DNA of 64,000 bases from Candidatus Latescibacterota bacterium (GTDB taxonomy: Bacteria > Latescibacterota > UBA2968): assembly GCA_965205975.1 (NCBI GenBank), contig OZ242195.1:96001-160000 (forward strand), in the 5' to 3' direction. This document shows, in pieces, positions 39,252 through 48,498 of this stretch (position 1 is its first letter; each line of letters begins with the position of its first letter). Both the position numbers and the translations under genes were made by a program. The notes beneath the pieces are model-generated. The model was given only the letters and a program-made list of their open reading frames with translations. It made no database searches and had not been told where the DNA came from.

Positions 39252-40226
39252 CTATCGTCCGGATTCCAGATTCACGGAAACAGCGTCCAATTTATCTCGC
39301 AGTTCGGGATCCAGACCCCATCCCACGCCTCCGATATTGTCTTCTAAATGCGCGACGGTGTCGCCACCTGTAATTGCCACGGTTACTTCGGGATGCGACA
39401 GGACCCAGGATAGGGCGACTTGTCCCGGTGTTTTGTCCAGTTCATCTGCGATATCAAATAGGGTTGTTAGCACTTTTCCCTCTGCGCCCGCCATCATGGT
39501 TTCGTATTGGTTCATTCGGCGTTTTGCCCATAGTGAACCTTCTGGAGGTGGTGCGTCGGGTTTGTAAAACCCGCTCAATAGTCCCACGGCTAATGGACTG
39601 TAAACCATTATTCCCAGACCCTCGCTTCGCACAAAGGGAAAAATTTCTCGCTCCAATGCGCGGTGTAGCAGATTGTATGGATTTTGCATGCACATATAAG
39701 GTGCCAGATTCAATGTGTGTTGAATCCAGAGGGCTTTGCACGCTTGCCATGCCGAATGGTTACAACACCCGATATAGCGCACTTTGCCCTGATGTACCAG
39801 GTCGTCCAATGCGCGTGCGGTTTCTTCAATCGGTGTCGATTCATCGAAGTTATGCACGAGATACACGTCGATGTGATCAGTGTCCAACCGGTTCAGCGAT
39901 CGCTCTACTTCCCGCATGATGTGATAGCGGGATAGACCCTGATCATTTGGTCCTGTATCGATGCGGCTAAATACTTTTGAGGTGATTACCACATCGTCTC
40001 GTTTGCCCTTCAAAGCTTTGCCCAACACCACTTCCGAACGCCCGATATGCGTGCGATCATCACCTGGACCATAGGTATTGGCGCAGTCGATCAGGTTGAT
40101 ACCCAGGTCTATCGCCCGCTCAATAACCCTTTGTCCTTCCGCCTCGTCTGCCTGTCCGCGAAATCCCAGGCCCAGTGCCAGCCGACTTACTTTTACACCC
40201 GCTGAACCAAAGTTGACATATTCCAT
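39252..40226 (-). CDS. Aldo/keto reductase
   Basis: IDCANTYG, ITSKV, GLSR, IDVYLVH and YSPLA motifs. Confidence 0.92.
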   Translation of the reverse strand: MEYVNFGSAGVKVSRLALGLGFRGQADEAEGQRVIERAIDLGINLIDCANTYGPGDDRTHIGRSEVVLGKALKGKRDDVVITSKVFSRIDTGPNDQGLSRYHIMREVERSLNRLDTDHIDVYLVHNFDESTPIEETARALDDLVHQGKVRYIGCCNHSAWQACKALWIQHTLNLAPYMCMQNPYNLLHRALEREIFPFVRSEGLGIMVYSPLAVGLLSGFYKPDAPPPEGSLWAKRRMNQYETMMAGAEGKVLTTLFDIADELDKTPGQVALSWVLSHPEVTVAITGGDTVAHLEDNIGGVGWGLDPELRDKLDAVSVNLESGR

Positions 40227-40248
40227 AAAATCTACTCCCGTTAATTAT

Positions 40249-41529
40249 TCATATTTTCGCCAATAAGCCTGGTGCGAGTTTATCCCTTGTTTTATGTGCC
40301 CAGGCTTGCAGGTGGGTTTTCAAATTTGCAACGGTTTCAGAGCTTGCCATCTCTTGCCAGCGGTTTTGCCGTTCACCCGGGTCGCTGGGCAAGTGATAAA
40401 GTTCGGGTTTTCTAACGGTTGACAAAATCAGTTTCCAATCGTCTGATACCACACACCGCTCTTCTCCTTTATCGAGTTCGGGCTGATTGGGGCCTTCGCT
40501 TTTTTTATCGATAAATGGCGTATTTACTATGACGAGTGCCTCGCGTCCTGTTTTGCCATCCTGTCGGATTGAATCGCTGAGGTCTATGCCATCAAGGCCC
40601 TCGGAGACTGCATACCCCAGGAGGCCGAGGATTGTCGGTATCAAATCGACCGAACTGATGAGAGTTTCACCGATTCCACCGCTGGCAATTGCCGCGGGGA
40701 ATCGCATCAGCAGGGGAATGCGCGCGACAATGTCATAACAGAGGCGTTTGCTGTGGTCATTCCACCGGTGGTCAAAGAGGTGACCGTGTTCGGAGGTAAA
40801 GACGACGAGGGTATTGTCTGCTATTCCTTTGTCATCGAGTGTTTTCAACAGGTCGCCAACTGCATCGTCAATCGCTGTACACATCGCGTAGTATTTGCGC
40901 CGTTTTTCGTCATTGGGGTAGAGCTTCTGATAAAGTAATTCGTATTTTTCGGGGGCAGAATAAGGTGGATGAGGAGGATAATAGGACACATAAGCACAGA
41001 ATGGACGTGTGTCCTCTTTGCGAATAAAATCAATGGCGTCTTGTGCCAACACATCCGTTTGATACACTTTTTTCTTGCCGATGGTGTAATAATGCCCTTG
41101 TCCCCGACCATCGCGGGGATATGTGGGCATTGTCTCCCATGCGTCTCTCGATGGATCTCCCAGATGCCATTTGCCAAAGTAGGCACACCGATATCCCACA
41201 GCTTTGAGGAAATCGGGAAAAAGCGGTATTTCTGGATCTATATCCCAGGTGTTTTCGAGCACACCGTGATTGTGCGGATAAAGGCCCGAGAAAATTGTGC
41301 CGCGATTTGGCGCGCAGACGGGTTGTGCGGCATAAGCTCTGTCAAATCGCATTCCGTCCGATGCCAACCGATCCAGATTGGGTGTTATAATGCCCTTTTT
41401 TCCATAACATCCCACGCCATCCTGGCGCTGTTGGTCCGTTAAGATGAATAGCAGATTGGGTTTTGGCTCTGCGGTAGCCGTGCTGCCAACTGATCCTGAG
41501 AAGTCTCTGCGCGATACATTTTGTGCCAT
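40249..41529 (-). CDS. Cys-type sulfatase with degenerate twin-arginine N-terminus
   Basis: PNLLFILTDQ, CAPNR, GKWHLG, PPHPP and SEHG; N-terminus MAQNVSRRDF. Confidence 0.9.
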   Translation of the reverse strand: MAQNVSRRDFSGSVGSTATAEPKPNLLFILTDQQRQDGVGCYGKKGIITPNLDRLASDGMRFDRAYAAQPVCAPNRGTIFSGLYPHNHGVLENTWDIDPEIPLFPDFLKAVGYRCAYFGKWHLGDPSRDAWETMPTYPRDGRGQGHYYTIGKKKVYQTDVLAQDAIDFIRKEDTRPFCAYVSYYPPHPPYSAPEKYELLYQKLYPNDEKRRKYYAMCTAIDDAVGDLLKTLDDKGIADNTLVVFTSEHGHLFDHRWNDHSKRLCYDIVARIPLLMRFPAAIASGGIGETLISSVDLIPTILGLLGYAVSEGLDGIDLSDSIRQDGKTGREALVIVNTPFIDKKSEGPNQPELDKGEERCVVSDDWKLILSTVRKPELYHLPSDPGERQNRWQEMASSETVANLKTHLQAWAHKTRDKLAPGLLAKI

Positions 41530-41650
41530 ATCAACTCCCATCACACTTCACCAATCTCTTGCCAATATTATCACCTCGCAGCATATTGAATTTGAATATT
41601 TTTTTTTGCCATAAAAATAATGCCCCTGATTTTGCGGTGGTTTGGATATC

Positions 41651-42682
41651 TCACTCTGCATAAACAGCTTCCCGCAAGCCCTTCAAATATCCGACGGCAA
41701 ATAGCCGCGCGATGCCGTGCGCGTCCCCAAATTGATCATCTCCCATTTTGGGATAGTGATCTGGCCGGCACACGCCGTCAAATCCGACGTCTCGATATGC
41801 GCGCAAACATTCGACGAGGTCCGTTTTGCCATCGTCGTGAAATGCTTCTTCAAATTTATCGGGCTGACCGACAACATCTCGGATGTGTAAAAAGTGGATT
41901 TTTTTCTGTTCGCCAAAGTGCCGGATGACCGAGGGCAAATCGTCTGTCATCAGTGTAAAATTGCCCTGACAAAGCCCAATGCCATTCATCGGACTCGGTA
42001 CGATGTCAACGAGTTTTTGGTAGTTTTCTACGCTGCTCATAATGCGCGCAATGCCGCGGATGGGCGATAGCGGTGGGTCGTCGGGGTGCAGGGCCAGTTT
42101 GACGTTGGCTTCTTCGGCTACGGGTACAACGCGCTCGAGAAAATACTTCAGATTGGTCCACTGTTGTTCCTCTGTCACGGTTTCCGCCGAGGGATTCTCT
42201 TGCTCGGTTATCGGCACGCCGTCAATATTGTGTATGGGGCGCTCGGCAGGGTTGCCCTGTGATTCCAGTGCTTCGAGATCAAAGCCGCTTACATGCGCGC
42301 CGCCCCGAGATGAAATGGATCGGGATGTACGCATGACCCCCAGAATGGGCATCCACGCATAACACCACACGGGGATTTCGAGTTTGCCCATGTTCCGGAG
42401 CAGTTCACAGACCACTTCAATTTCCTCGTCTCGTCCGGGCAATCCCAGTTTTATATTTTCCATGGGCGGTCGCGATTCAATGACCTCAAGAGGTATTCCG
42501 GCCGCTTCGTAAGCGGCTTTTGCTTTTGCCAGCGATGTGTAACTCCAGGGCTGTTCTTCTGGCTCTGCGTCCGGTTTTGGGCGCAATGTTATGCCTCCAA
42601 CCGCGCCTTCGACCCCGCATTGTTTCATGAGTGTCCATCGCTGACTGGCTTGTGGCGGTGCCAGGATAGCAATTCTCAACAT
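41651..42682 (-). CDS. uxuA: Mannonate dehydratase family
   Basis: CYAWMP, LALHPDDPP, HIRDV, FHDDG and RPDH motifs. Confidence 0.85.
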   Translation of the reverse strand: MLRIAILAPPQASQRWTLMKQCGVEGAVGGITLRPKPDAEPEEQPWSYTSLAKAKAAYEAAGIPLEVIESRPPMENIKLGLPGRDEEIEVVCELLRNMGKLEIPVWCYAWMPILGVMRTSRSISSRGGAHVSGFDLEALESQGNPAERPIHNIDGVPITEQENPSAETVTEEQQWTNLKYFLERVVPVAEEANVKLALHPDDPPLSPIRGIARIMSSVENYQKLVDIVPSPMNGIGLCQGNFTLMTDDLPSVIRHFGEQKKIHFLHIRDVVGQPDKFEEAFHDDGKTDLVECLRAYRDVGFDGVCRPDHYPKMGDDQFGDAHGIARLFAVGYLKGLREAVYAE

Positions 42683-42873
42683 GGCTGTTTCCTTTCACTG
42701 TTGGTGTTTTTGCCATTTTAATCGCTGCCCAATATATGCAGACCGGGTGCGACATGCCATAAAAAATCTATCGCCAATAGCGCGGTCTAAATAGCTTTTG
42801 AGAAGCTATACTCTTGCATATATTTAAGAATGACAAAAGGCAATCACTACCTGGCGTACCGGGAGGCTCTGCT

Positions 42874-43974
42874 ATGACTTGTTGGAAAATTCTCGTTGTT
42901 ATCCTGTTGATCGCACCATCTCTGTTTGCTCAGGAGCAAGCTGAAAATCGCTTCCAGAGCGCGGCGGAGCGTTTTTTTGCGCGCAATGACAAAAATAAAG
43001 ACGGCAAATTGTCGCGGGAGGAATTTCCCGAACGACAGCGTCGCCTGTTTGAGCGAATTGACACAGATAAAGATGGTTTTGTCACACTTGAAGAAGATAT
43101 TTTTTATCGTACTAATAGACGGAGGAATACCGTGAATATTCCAGAAGGTGTAAATGTCCACCGAGACCTGATCTACGGACGGGTTGGGGAGAGAGAACTT
43201 CCCCTTGATCTCTATCTTCCGCCCGATACATCATCTCCTGTGCCCGTGGTGATATGGGTTCACGGGGGTGGGTGGCGTGGGGGATCCAAAGGCAATGGCG
43301 GGCGGGCGCTCAATATGACCAGGCGCGGATTTGCCGTTGTTGATGTGGAATATCGACTCAGCGGCGAAGCCCTTTTTCCAGCGCAAATCGAAGACTGCAA
43401 AACAGCTGTGCGCTGGGTGAGAGCCAATGCAAAAAAATACAATCTCGACCCTGACCGCATCGGCGCGTGGGGATCGTCTGCTGGGGGGCATCTCGTGGCG
43501 ATGATGGGTTTAACGCATGATGAAGGCGTATTTGAGACGGAGGATCACAGTCAGCATTCAAGCGCGGTGCAGGTGGTGTGCAACTGGTTTGGTCCTACGG
43601 ATTTTTTGCGTATGAATGATTTTGAAGGCCGAATTGATCACGACGCAGCCGATTCCCCCGAGTCCAGATTAATTGGTGGTCCCATCCAGGAAAATGTGGA
43701 GAAAGTCGTTGCGGCCAATCCCATTACTTATGTCAGCAAAAATGACCCGCCTATGCTCATCCTGCACGGAGAAAAAGATCTGTCGGTTCCGTATAACCAG
43801 AGTGAGTTGCTCTATGCTGCGATGCAAAAAGCGGGTTTGGATGTCACGCTTTACAAGGTCGTCAATGCCGGTCACGGCTTTGGCAATGCAGATAGCACAG
43901 CATCGCTGGTTGAAATGTCCGTTCAGTTTTTAGAAAAACATCTCAATTCTCAAACTGATGCCGCGTCGCCATAA
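42874..43974 (+). CDS. Exported EF-hand + alpha/beta hydrolase (BD-FAE-like)
   Basis: Signal peptide; EF hands DKNKDGKLSREE and DTDKDGFVTLEE; HGGGW, GSSAGG and D..V/H catalytic pattern. Confidence 0.9.
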   Translation: MTCWKILVVILLIAPSLFAQEQAENRFQSAAERFFARNDKNKDGKLSREEFPERQRRLFERIDTDKDGFVTLEEDIFYRTNRRRNTVNIPEGVNVHRDLIYGRVGERELPLDLYLPPDTSSPVPVVIWVHGGGWRGGSKGNGGRALNMTRRGFAVVDVEYRLSGEALFPAQIEDCKTAVRWVRANAKKYNLDPDRIGAWGSSAGGHLVAMMGLTHDEGVFETEDHSQHSSAVQVVCNWFGPTDFLRMNDFEGRIDHDAADSPESRLIGGPIQENVEKVVAANPITYVSKNDPPMLILHGEKDLSVPYNQSELLYAAMQKAGLDVTLYKVVNAGHGFGNADSTASLVEMSVQFLEKHLNSQTDAASP

Positions 43975-43990
43975 GAGTATCATGTGAATG

Positions 43991-44031
43991 AAAAAGCCCT
44001 GGAGATCGAGTTCTCCAGGGCTTTTGTTTTT
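43991..44031. terminator. Bidirectional intrinsic terminator
   Basis: AAAAGCCCTGGAGA-N6-TCTCCAGGGCTTTT. Confidence 0.9.
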
Positions 44032-44058
44032 AGAAGTGATAATTCATACCGGAGCAAA

Positions 44059-44664
44059 TCAACGAAACTCCAAACTCGCCACAATTTGTTCATATTCGGT
44101 TAGTGGATAGCCTGCATCCCGGCTGCCATTGCCGATCATGTAATACCCCACCTGATTGTGGATGGCTATAGCTACCAGAAATCGGGTGCCGGGATAATCT
44201 CGATTGGATCTTTCCAGTTGAGAATAGCGAAATTCCCACTGAATCGCCTCGCCTACATTGAGCTGGATGCGCTGTTTTTCGTCGATAACGCGATATTGAT
44301 CAAATGCCCGCATTAGATATTGTTCTTCAAATTCCTGAACGATCTGATCCACTGTCATTGTGGCGAAGCGATCTGGTAGTGCTTGTGGGTACAAGTGCAT
44401 TTGCGGACGAAAGTCACTTGTAATCCCAGGGCTGAGAATGCGTACAGTTACAGGTGATAAACCATTGATATCTCTTTGTGATGTAAGGGTTGATACATCG
44501 ATACCCCACTGGTCGCTGGGACGACTGACTCGAAATCCCCATGAGTTGTTGGTATAAACAAGCCCGTCTAAACTGGGTTCAGGCTCTGTAGGGATTGGTT
44601 TACACCCAGAAGTTGCCAACAGGCTACACAGCGCGAAAGCGCAAAATATTCGGGCGCATATCAT
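44059..44664 (-). CDS. Hypothetical lipoprotein (PsbP/DcrB-like pattern)
   Basis: Lipobox LATSGC; YTN..WGFRVSRP..W and YEQIVASLEF; GAGGAG RBS. Confidence 0.7.
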   Translation of the reverse strand: MICARIFCAFALCSLLATSGCKPIPTEPEPSLDGLVYTNNSWGFRVSRPSDQWGIDVSTLTSQRDINGLSPVTVRILSPGITSDFRPQMHLYPQALPDRFATMTVDQIVQEFEEQYLMRAFDQYRVIDEKQRIQLNVGEAIQWEFRYSQLERSNRDYPGTRFLVAIAIHNQVGYYMIGNGSRDAGYPLTEYEQIVASLEFR

Positions 44665-44706
44665 GTCGATCTCCTCACTGATTAATCGCGAAAATGGACA
44701 AGTACT

Positions 44707-47610
44707 TTATTTGACGCCAGATGGCCTGGCAGTGTTCCTATCGCGTTGGAACAATTCCGGATGCAGGCGATAAAATGTCGATTCCACTTGATTCAGACCA
44801 TTGGCCTGTACCACAAAATGGCCATCGATTACTATAACTGGCAATATTGCTGGTATTATGCCGAGTGCTTGAGCAGTGGCAAATACTTCTGCCTTATTGT
44901 CTCTACCGATAGCTGCAATGCCCATCTGTTTTAAGCAATTTTCCACAGAAGATGTGTCGGAAGATGCCTTCTGCTTGTGGCAGAAAAGGAGATCAACTAT
45001 TCGCTCGGGTGCGACCTGTTGTGCCTGCCGAAATAGTGCGTTTTGTTTGTTATTGCCTACAAAATGCAGGCGCAAGCGTTCGGGGTCCTCGACTTTTTTT
45101 ATCCATTGCAAAAGGCGTTCCACTCTTTTTAGTGATTCGGATATGCTCACATCTAAGAACAGGTCCATACCCTCTATATCCCGCCCCTGAAAAATCCGAG
45201 TAATTGGCGTCATCTGCACAGTTGGCACAAAATGATCGCCAATGCGCTGTACGATATGCGAAAGGCGATTAAAACGGGCTGTTTGTTCAAATTTGCTATC
45301 CAGCACATAAGCTGGCACCCGATCCAGTTTATAATGTGCAATCAGGTTCTGTCCCATCTCGCTGTTCACATCCACGGTTTGAAACTCAGTACCGGGAAAG
45401 AGCGATAGTGTAGATCGAATAAACGAATAGGTATCACATACTGTACAGGTCGCGTCGTTGAGAATGGTCGTTTGAAAAGAGATGGGGTCGCGCACTTCGC
45501 ATTGCGCGTGGGGCGTTCCGCCATTTAAGCACAGGCCAACTTTGCCCGGATGTACACAATCCCGGTCGCTCAGACACTCGGGAACATCGGCGCAAAAAGG
45601 TAAATTTTTGCTATTGCGACATATCAGTTGCGCCACCTCCTGAGGAGAGGTTCTGACATCGCGCCCATTTACGCGCAATGTGGGCGATGCGTTAATTCCC
45701 AGCAGATTGGCTCGGCGAATATTTTCGGCAAATAGCGTTTCGCCCGCATCGCTTTCGGACAATTCGGCAATTTTGTCTGCGTCCATGTTTACCTCTTTTG
45801 CACAAGCGCGCCAATCGGTTGCAATGCCCGATTTATTGCGACACAAAATATAATCCCAGAACCGGTCGGGATAAAGCGACATTACCACGGTCTGCCGAAT
45901 GCCTTCGGCTATTTCTCTATCGCCGTGCAAACTGCGAAAGCGGCCCGATCCCGTCGAGGTCGTTGCTTTACATCCTGGCTCTGTTGTCTGTGTCGTGCGT
46001 GCGGCAGGGGTAGGCGATGCGACATCCTTTGCGCTCGCTTCATCTGCGATAAAATACAGATGAAAGTCGATTTGATCCTTCACTTTGCGAAACAGAGGGG
46101 CAAGGGTTTGTTCTGCATGTATGCCATAGGGACAATCTGCCATCACAAATAGCTCGACGAGAGGGCGACCATTTTGGCTATGTTCTGTTTCACCAGGCCC
46201 TGTGTCCGATTTAGTTATTGCGTGAGAAGAACCGTGTCCCTTGTGATTCACTTCTGCCAGCATATCGGCAAATCGGGTGTCAAAGTCGGGCGTCTGGTTT
46301 GCATCGTGACAGCGCTGGCACAAATCGGGAGATGGCGTGCGGCGAATATTGCGGACTTCGGGACGCCGTGCGTGTTGTTCTCCCGGCCCGTGGCACACTT
46401 CGCACTGTACATTTGTAAGTCGTTTGACATCTTTGCCAATTCGGAATCCCGTGGGATATCCAAATCCCGTGGTATGACAGGTTACACAGTCGGGCTGATA
46501 GTGTTTTTGTTTTTGCAACAAGCGATTAAATGCATTCGCATGATGTGACTGTTCCCAGTCCGCAACCTCGGCAGCATGGCATCCTTTACACGTCTCCCCC
46601 CCCACATATCTATTGGTGCCCTGACGCACCTGATCTTCCAGGGCAAAACCCGCAAATCTCGGTCGCGCCGTCTGCTGCAATGCCGAATTTTTTTGAACCA
46701 GATTGTAGAATTCATCCACGAGCCGTTTCACTGTGCGGTCTTCGCCAATGGATTCCGAGAGCAATATAGAGGTGATTTGTTCTGTTGTCACCCGTCCATT
46801 TTCTACGGTCAAGATAGCCTGCCCAATTGCCTTGCCCTGAGGCTGGATGCCCAACAGTAGAGTATTGCCAACCCGATGGGTTGTTTCAGTTGACCGCGCG
46901 CTGATCACAATATCTATATCGGCGATATGTTGTACGAGGTCGCGTTCTGCCTCTCGATCCAAATCGCTCAATACGACTATGAGATCGGTCTTTTGACGCA
47001 CAGATGCGACCGCTTCCCGGATGCCATCGAGGTTAACATCTATGCCATCGGGCATATTTATGTGTGAGCCCCCCATTGCCATACCGTGTACTTCAATCTC
47101 CCGTTCACCTGCCACACCTATAATACCTACGCGCACATCACCTGTATCCAAAATTTTCACGGGCGCACCCATTTGCACGCCATTTATCTTCAAGTTTGCA
47201 CTTACAAAAGGGACGCCACCCGAATCGCGCATGGTCTCAAAGAACGCTTGTCCAAACCGCAATTCTCCCACACCGACATTGGCAGCGTCGTAATGTATGG
47301 CTTTCATGGCTTTCAAATGTATTTTACAACGCAATTGGTCCAATACGGTATCGCCCGCAAATAAACCGCCAGCATCTAATAACAGGGCATTGGGATGCGA
47401 TTGCTTTAAGTCATTTACCATTGTTGCGCGCCGCGCAATGCCGCCGAGCTGATTGTCCGCGCAGCCACACACTTCCAGGAAGCTCTGAGTGTCTCCCGTG
47501 TAAAGCAATACCACCTCTGCCGCTCTACTTTGCCCGATGAGACTAAAGACAGCTAATAGGAGACACAAAACGAAGGTTGATTTTTCACATCTGTGTCTAT
47601 CTGCGTTCAT
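44707..47610 (-). CDS. Exported multidomain protein: UshA-like domain + tetraheme c554-like domain + two thioredoxin-fold modules
   Basis: LLYTGD..EVCGC..LGGIARR..LDAG; four CxxCH (CKGCH, CVTCH, CEVCH, CQRCH); ELFVMADCPYG..SLHG; CTVC. Start uncertain: ATG 47667 lies inside the lepB terminator, and ATG 47610 lies inside a repeat. Confidence 0.85.
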   Translation of the reverse strand: MNADRHRCEKSTFVLCLLLAVFSLIGQSRAAEVVLLYTGDTQSFLEVCGCADNQLGGIARRATMVNDLKQSHPNALLLDAGGLFAGDTVLDQLRCKIHLKAMKAIHYDAANVGVGELRFGQAFFETMRDSGGVPFVSANLKINGVQMGAPVKILDTGDVRVGIIGVAGEREIEVHGMAMGGSHINMPDGIDVNLDGIREAVASVRQKTDLIVVLSDLDREAERDLVQHIADIDIVISARSTETTHRVGNTLLLGIQPQGKAIGQAILTVENGRVTTEQITSILLSESIGEDRTVKRLVDEFYNLVQKNSALQQTARPRFAGFALEDQVRQGTNRYVGGETCKGCHAAEVADWEQSHHANAFNRLLQKQKHYQPDCVTCHTTGFGYPTGFRIGKDVKRLTNVQCEVCHGPGEQHARRPEVRNIRRTPSPDLCQRCHDANQTPDFDTRFADMLAEVNHKGHGSSHAITKSDTGPGETEHSQNGRPLVELFVMADCPYGIHAEQTLAPLFRKVKDQIDFHLYFIADEASAKDVASPTPAARTTQTTEPGCKATTSTGSGRFRSLHGDREIAEGIRQTVVMSLYPDRFWDYILCRNKSGIATDWRACAKEVNMDADKIAELSESDAGETLFAENIRRANLLGINASPTLRVNGRDVRTSPQEVAQLICRNSKNLPFCADVPECLSDRDCVHPGKVGLCLNGGTPHAQCEVRDPISFQTTILNDATCTVCDTYSFIRSTLSLFPGTEFQTVDVNSEMGQNLIAHYKLDRVPAYVLDSKFEQTARFNRLSHIVQRIGDHFVPTVQMTPITRIFQGRDIEGMDLFLDVSISESLKRVERLLQWIKKVEDPERLRLHFVGNNKQNALFRQAQQVAPERIVDLLFCHKQKASSDTSSVENCLKQMGIAAIGRDNKAEVFATAQALGIIPAILPVIVIDGHFVVQANGLNQVESTFYRLHPELFQRDRNTARPSGVK

Positions 47611-47617
47611 CTGCGGA
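47589..47617 (-). repeat. Decamer tandem repeat, copy 2
   Basis: TCCGCAGATGAACGCAGATAGACACAGAT on the minus strand. Confidence 0.8.
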
Positions 47618-47645
47618 TGCTTTCTGTTTTCTGAATTTTGTCTGT

Positions 47646-47675
47646 AAAAAAAGGCCCGATATTTCATCGGGCCTT
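47646..47675 (-). terminator. Intrinsic terminator after lepB
   Basis: AAGGCCCGAT-GAAAT-ATCGGGCC followed by T7. Confidence 0.85.
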
Positions 47676-47694
47676 ATAAATACCATTTTTTGGG

Positions 47695-48360
47695 TTATTC
47701 TAATAAGCCCAACCTGCTCCAACGAATTTTTTCAAAAATATTCCACAGAGGCTTTTGACTATCCCAGGAATAATAAATAAATAATGGGTGTGCTTTTACT
47801 TTCTCCATGGAGACCATCCCCCAAAATCGGCTGTCATAACTGCTGTCGCGATTGTCTCCCATTACAAAAATGTGTCCCGGTGGCACCGTGCGAGGTCCGT
47901 AGTTGTCGCGCGGGCTATGCTGTTTGTGTTCTACTCTGGGGTCTTCGTGCTTAACGCCTTCTGGATTTTCAAATCGCTTTCCATCTACATATACAATTTT
48001 GTTTTTGATTTCCACTGTTTGCCCTTCAACCGCAATACACCGCTTGATAAAATCTCGCGACTCATCCCGGGGGAATTCAAAAATCACCAGATCTCCCGGT
48101 TGAGGGGTTGAAAATCCCGGTACGCGAAATGAGGGCAATTTGGTATTCAGTATGGGCACGCGGTCGGGTATTTGCGTGCCAAAGGTCAGTTTATCGCCCA
48201 GTACGTAATCGCCTTCTAATAGCGTATCTTCCATCGAGCCCGAGGGAATGTGATACGCTTGCACCAGCGTTCCCCGGATCAAAATGGCTAAAAATATAGC
48301 GATTCCAAATTCTCGCAGCATGCTCCGTTTGCGCTTTTTTTTGATATTTCTTTTTAGCAT
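47695..48360 (-). CDS. lepB: Signal peptidase I
   Basis: IPSGSMEDTL, FIKRC and MGDNRDSSYDSRFWG motifs. Confidence 0.95.
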   Translation of the reverse strand: MLKRNIKKKRKRSMLREFGIAIFLAILIRGTLVQAYHIPSGSMEDTLLEGDYVLGDKLTFGTQIPDRVPILNTKLPSFRVPGFSTPQPGDLVIFEFPRDESRDFIKRCIAVEGQTVEIKNKIVYVDGKRFENPEGVKHEDPRVEHKQHSPRDNYGPRTVPPGHIFVMGDNRDSSYDSRFWGMVSMEKVKAHPLFIYYSWDSQKPLWNIFEKIRWSRLGLLE

Positions 48361-48384
48361 AGGCCTTCCATTGTGAATTGAGTT

Positions 48385-48490
48385 GTTAGTAGTCAGTAGT
48401 CAGTTACCCCCTCTTCCTCTGCACGCGCAGCACAACGAGGTAACGCGGGGTCGGGTGGTTGGGACTGGCAACTGGCAACCGACAACTGAT
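48385..48490. repeat. Inverted arrays of heptamer repeats (GTCAGTW / AACTGRC) forming a long imperfect stem
   Basis: gttagta gtcagta gtcagtt ... gactggc aactggc aaccgac aactgat. Confidence 0.7.
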
Positions 48491-48498
48491 CGCTTTCT

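Noticed and set aside
47461..47470. Second selenoprotein in the UshA-like domain
   Set aside because: The codons are TGT-GGC-TGC and the ORF has no in-frame TGA.
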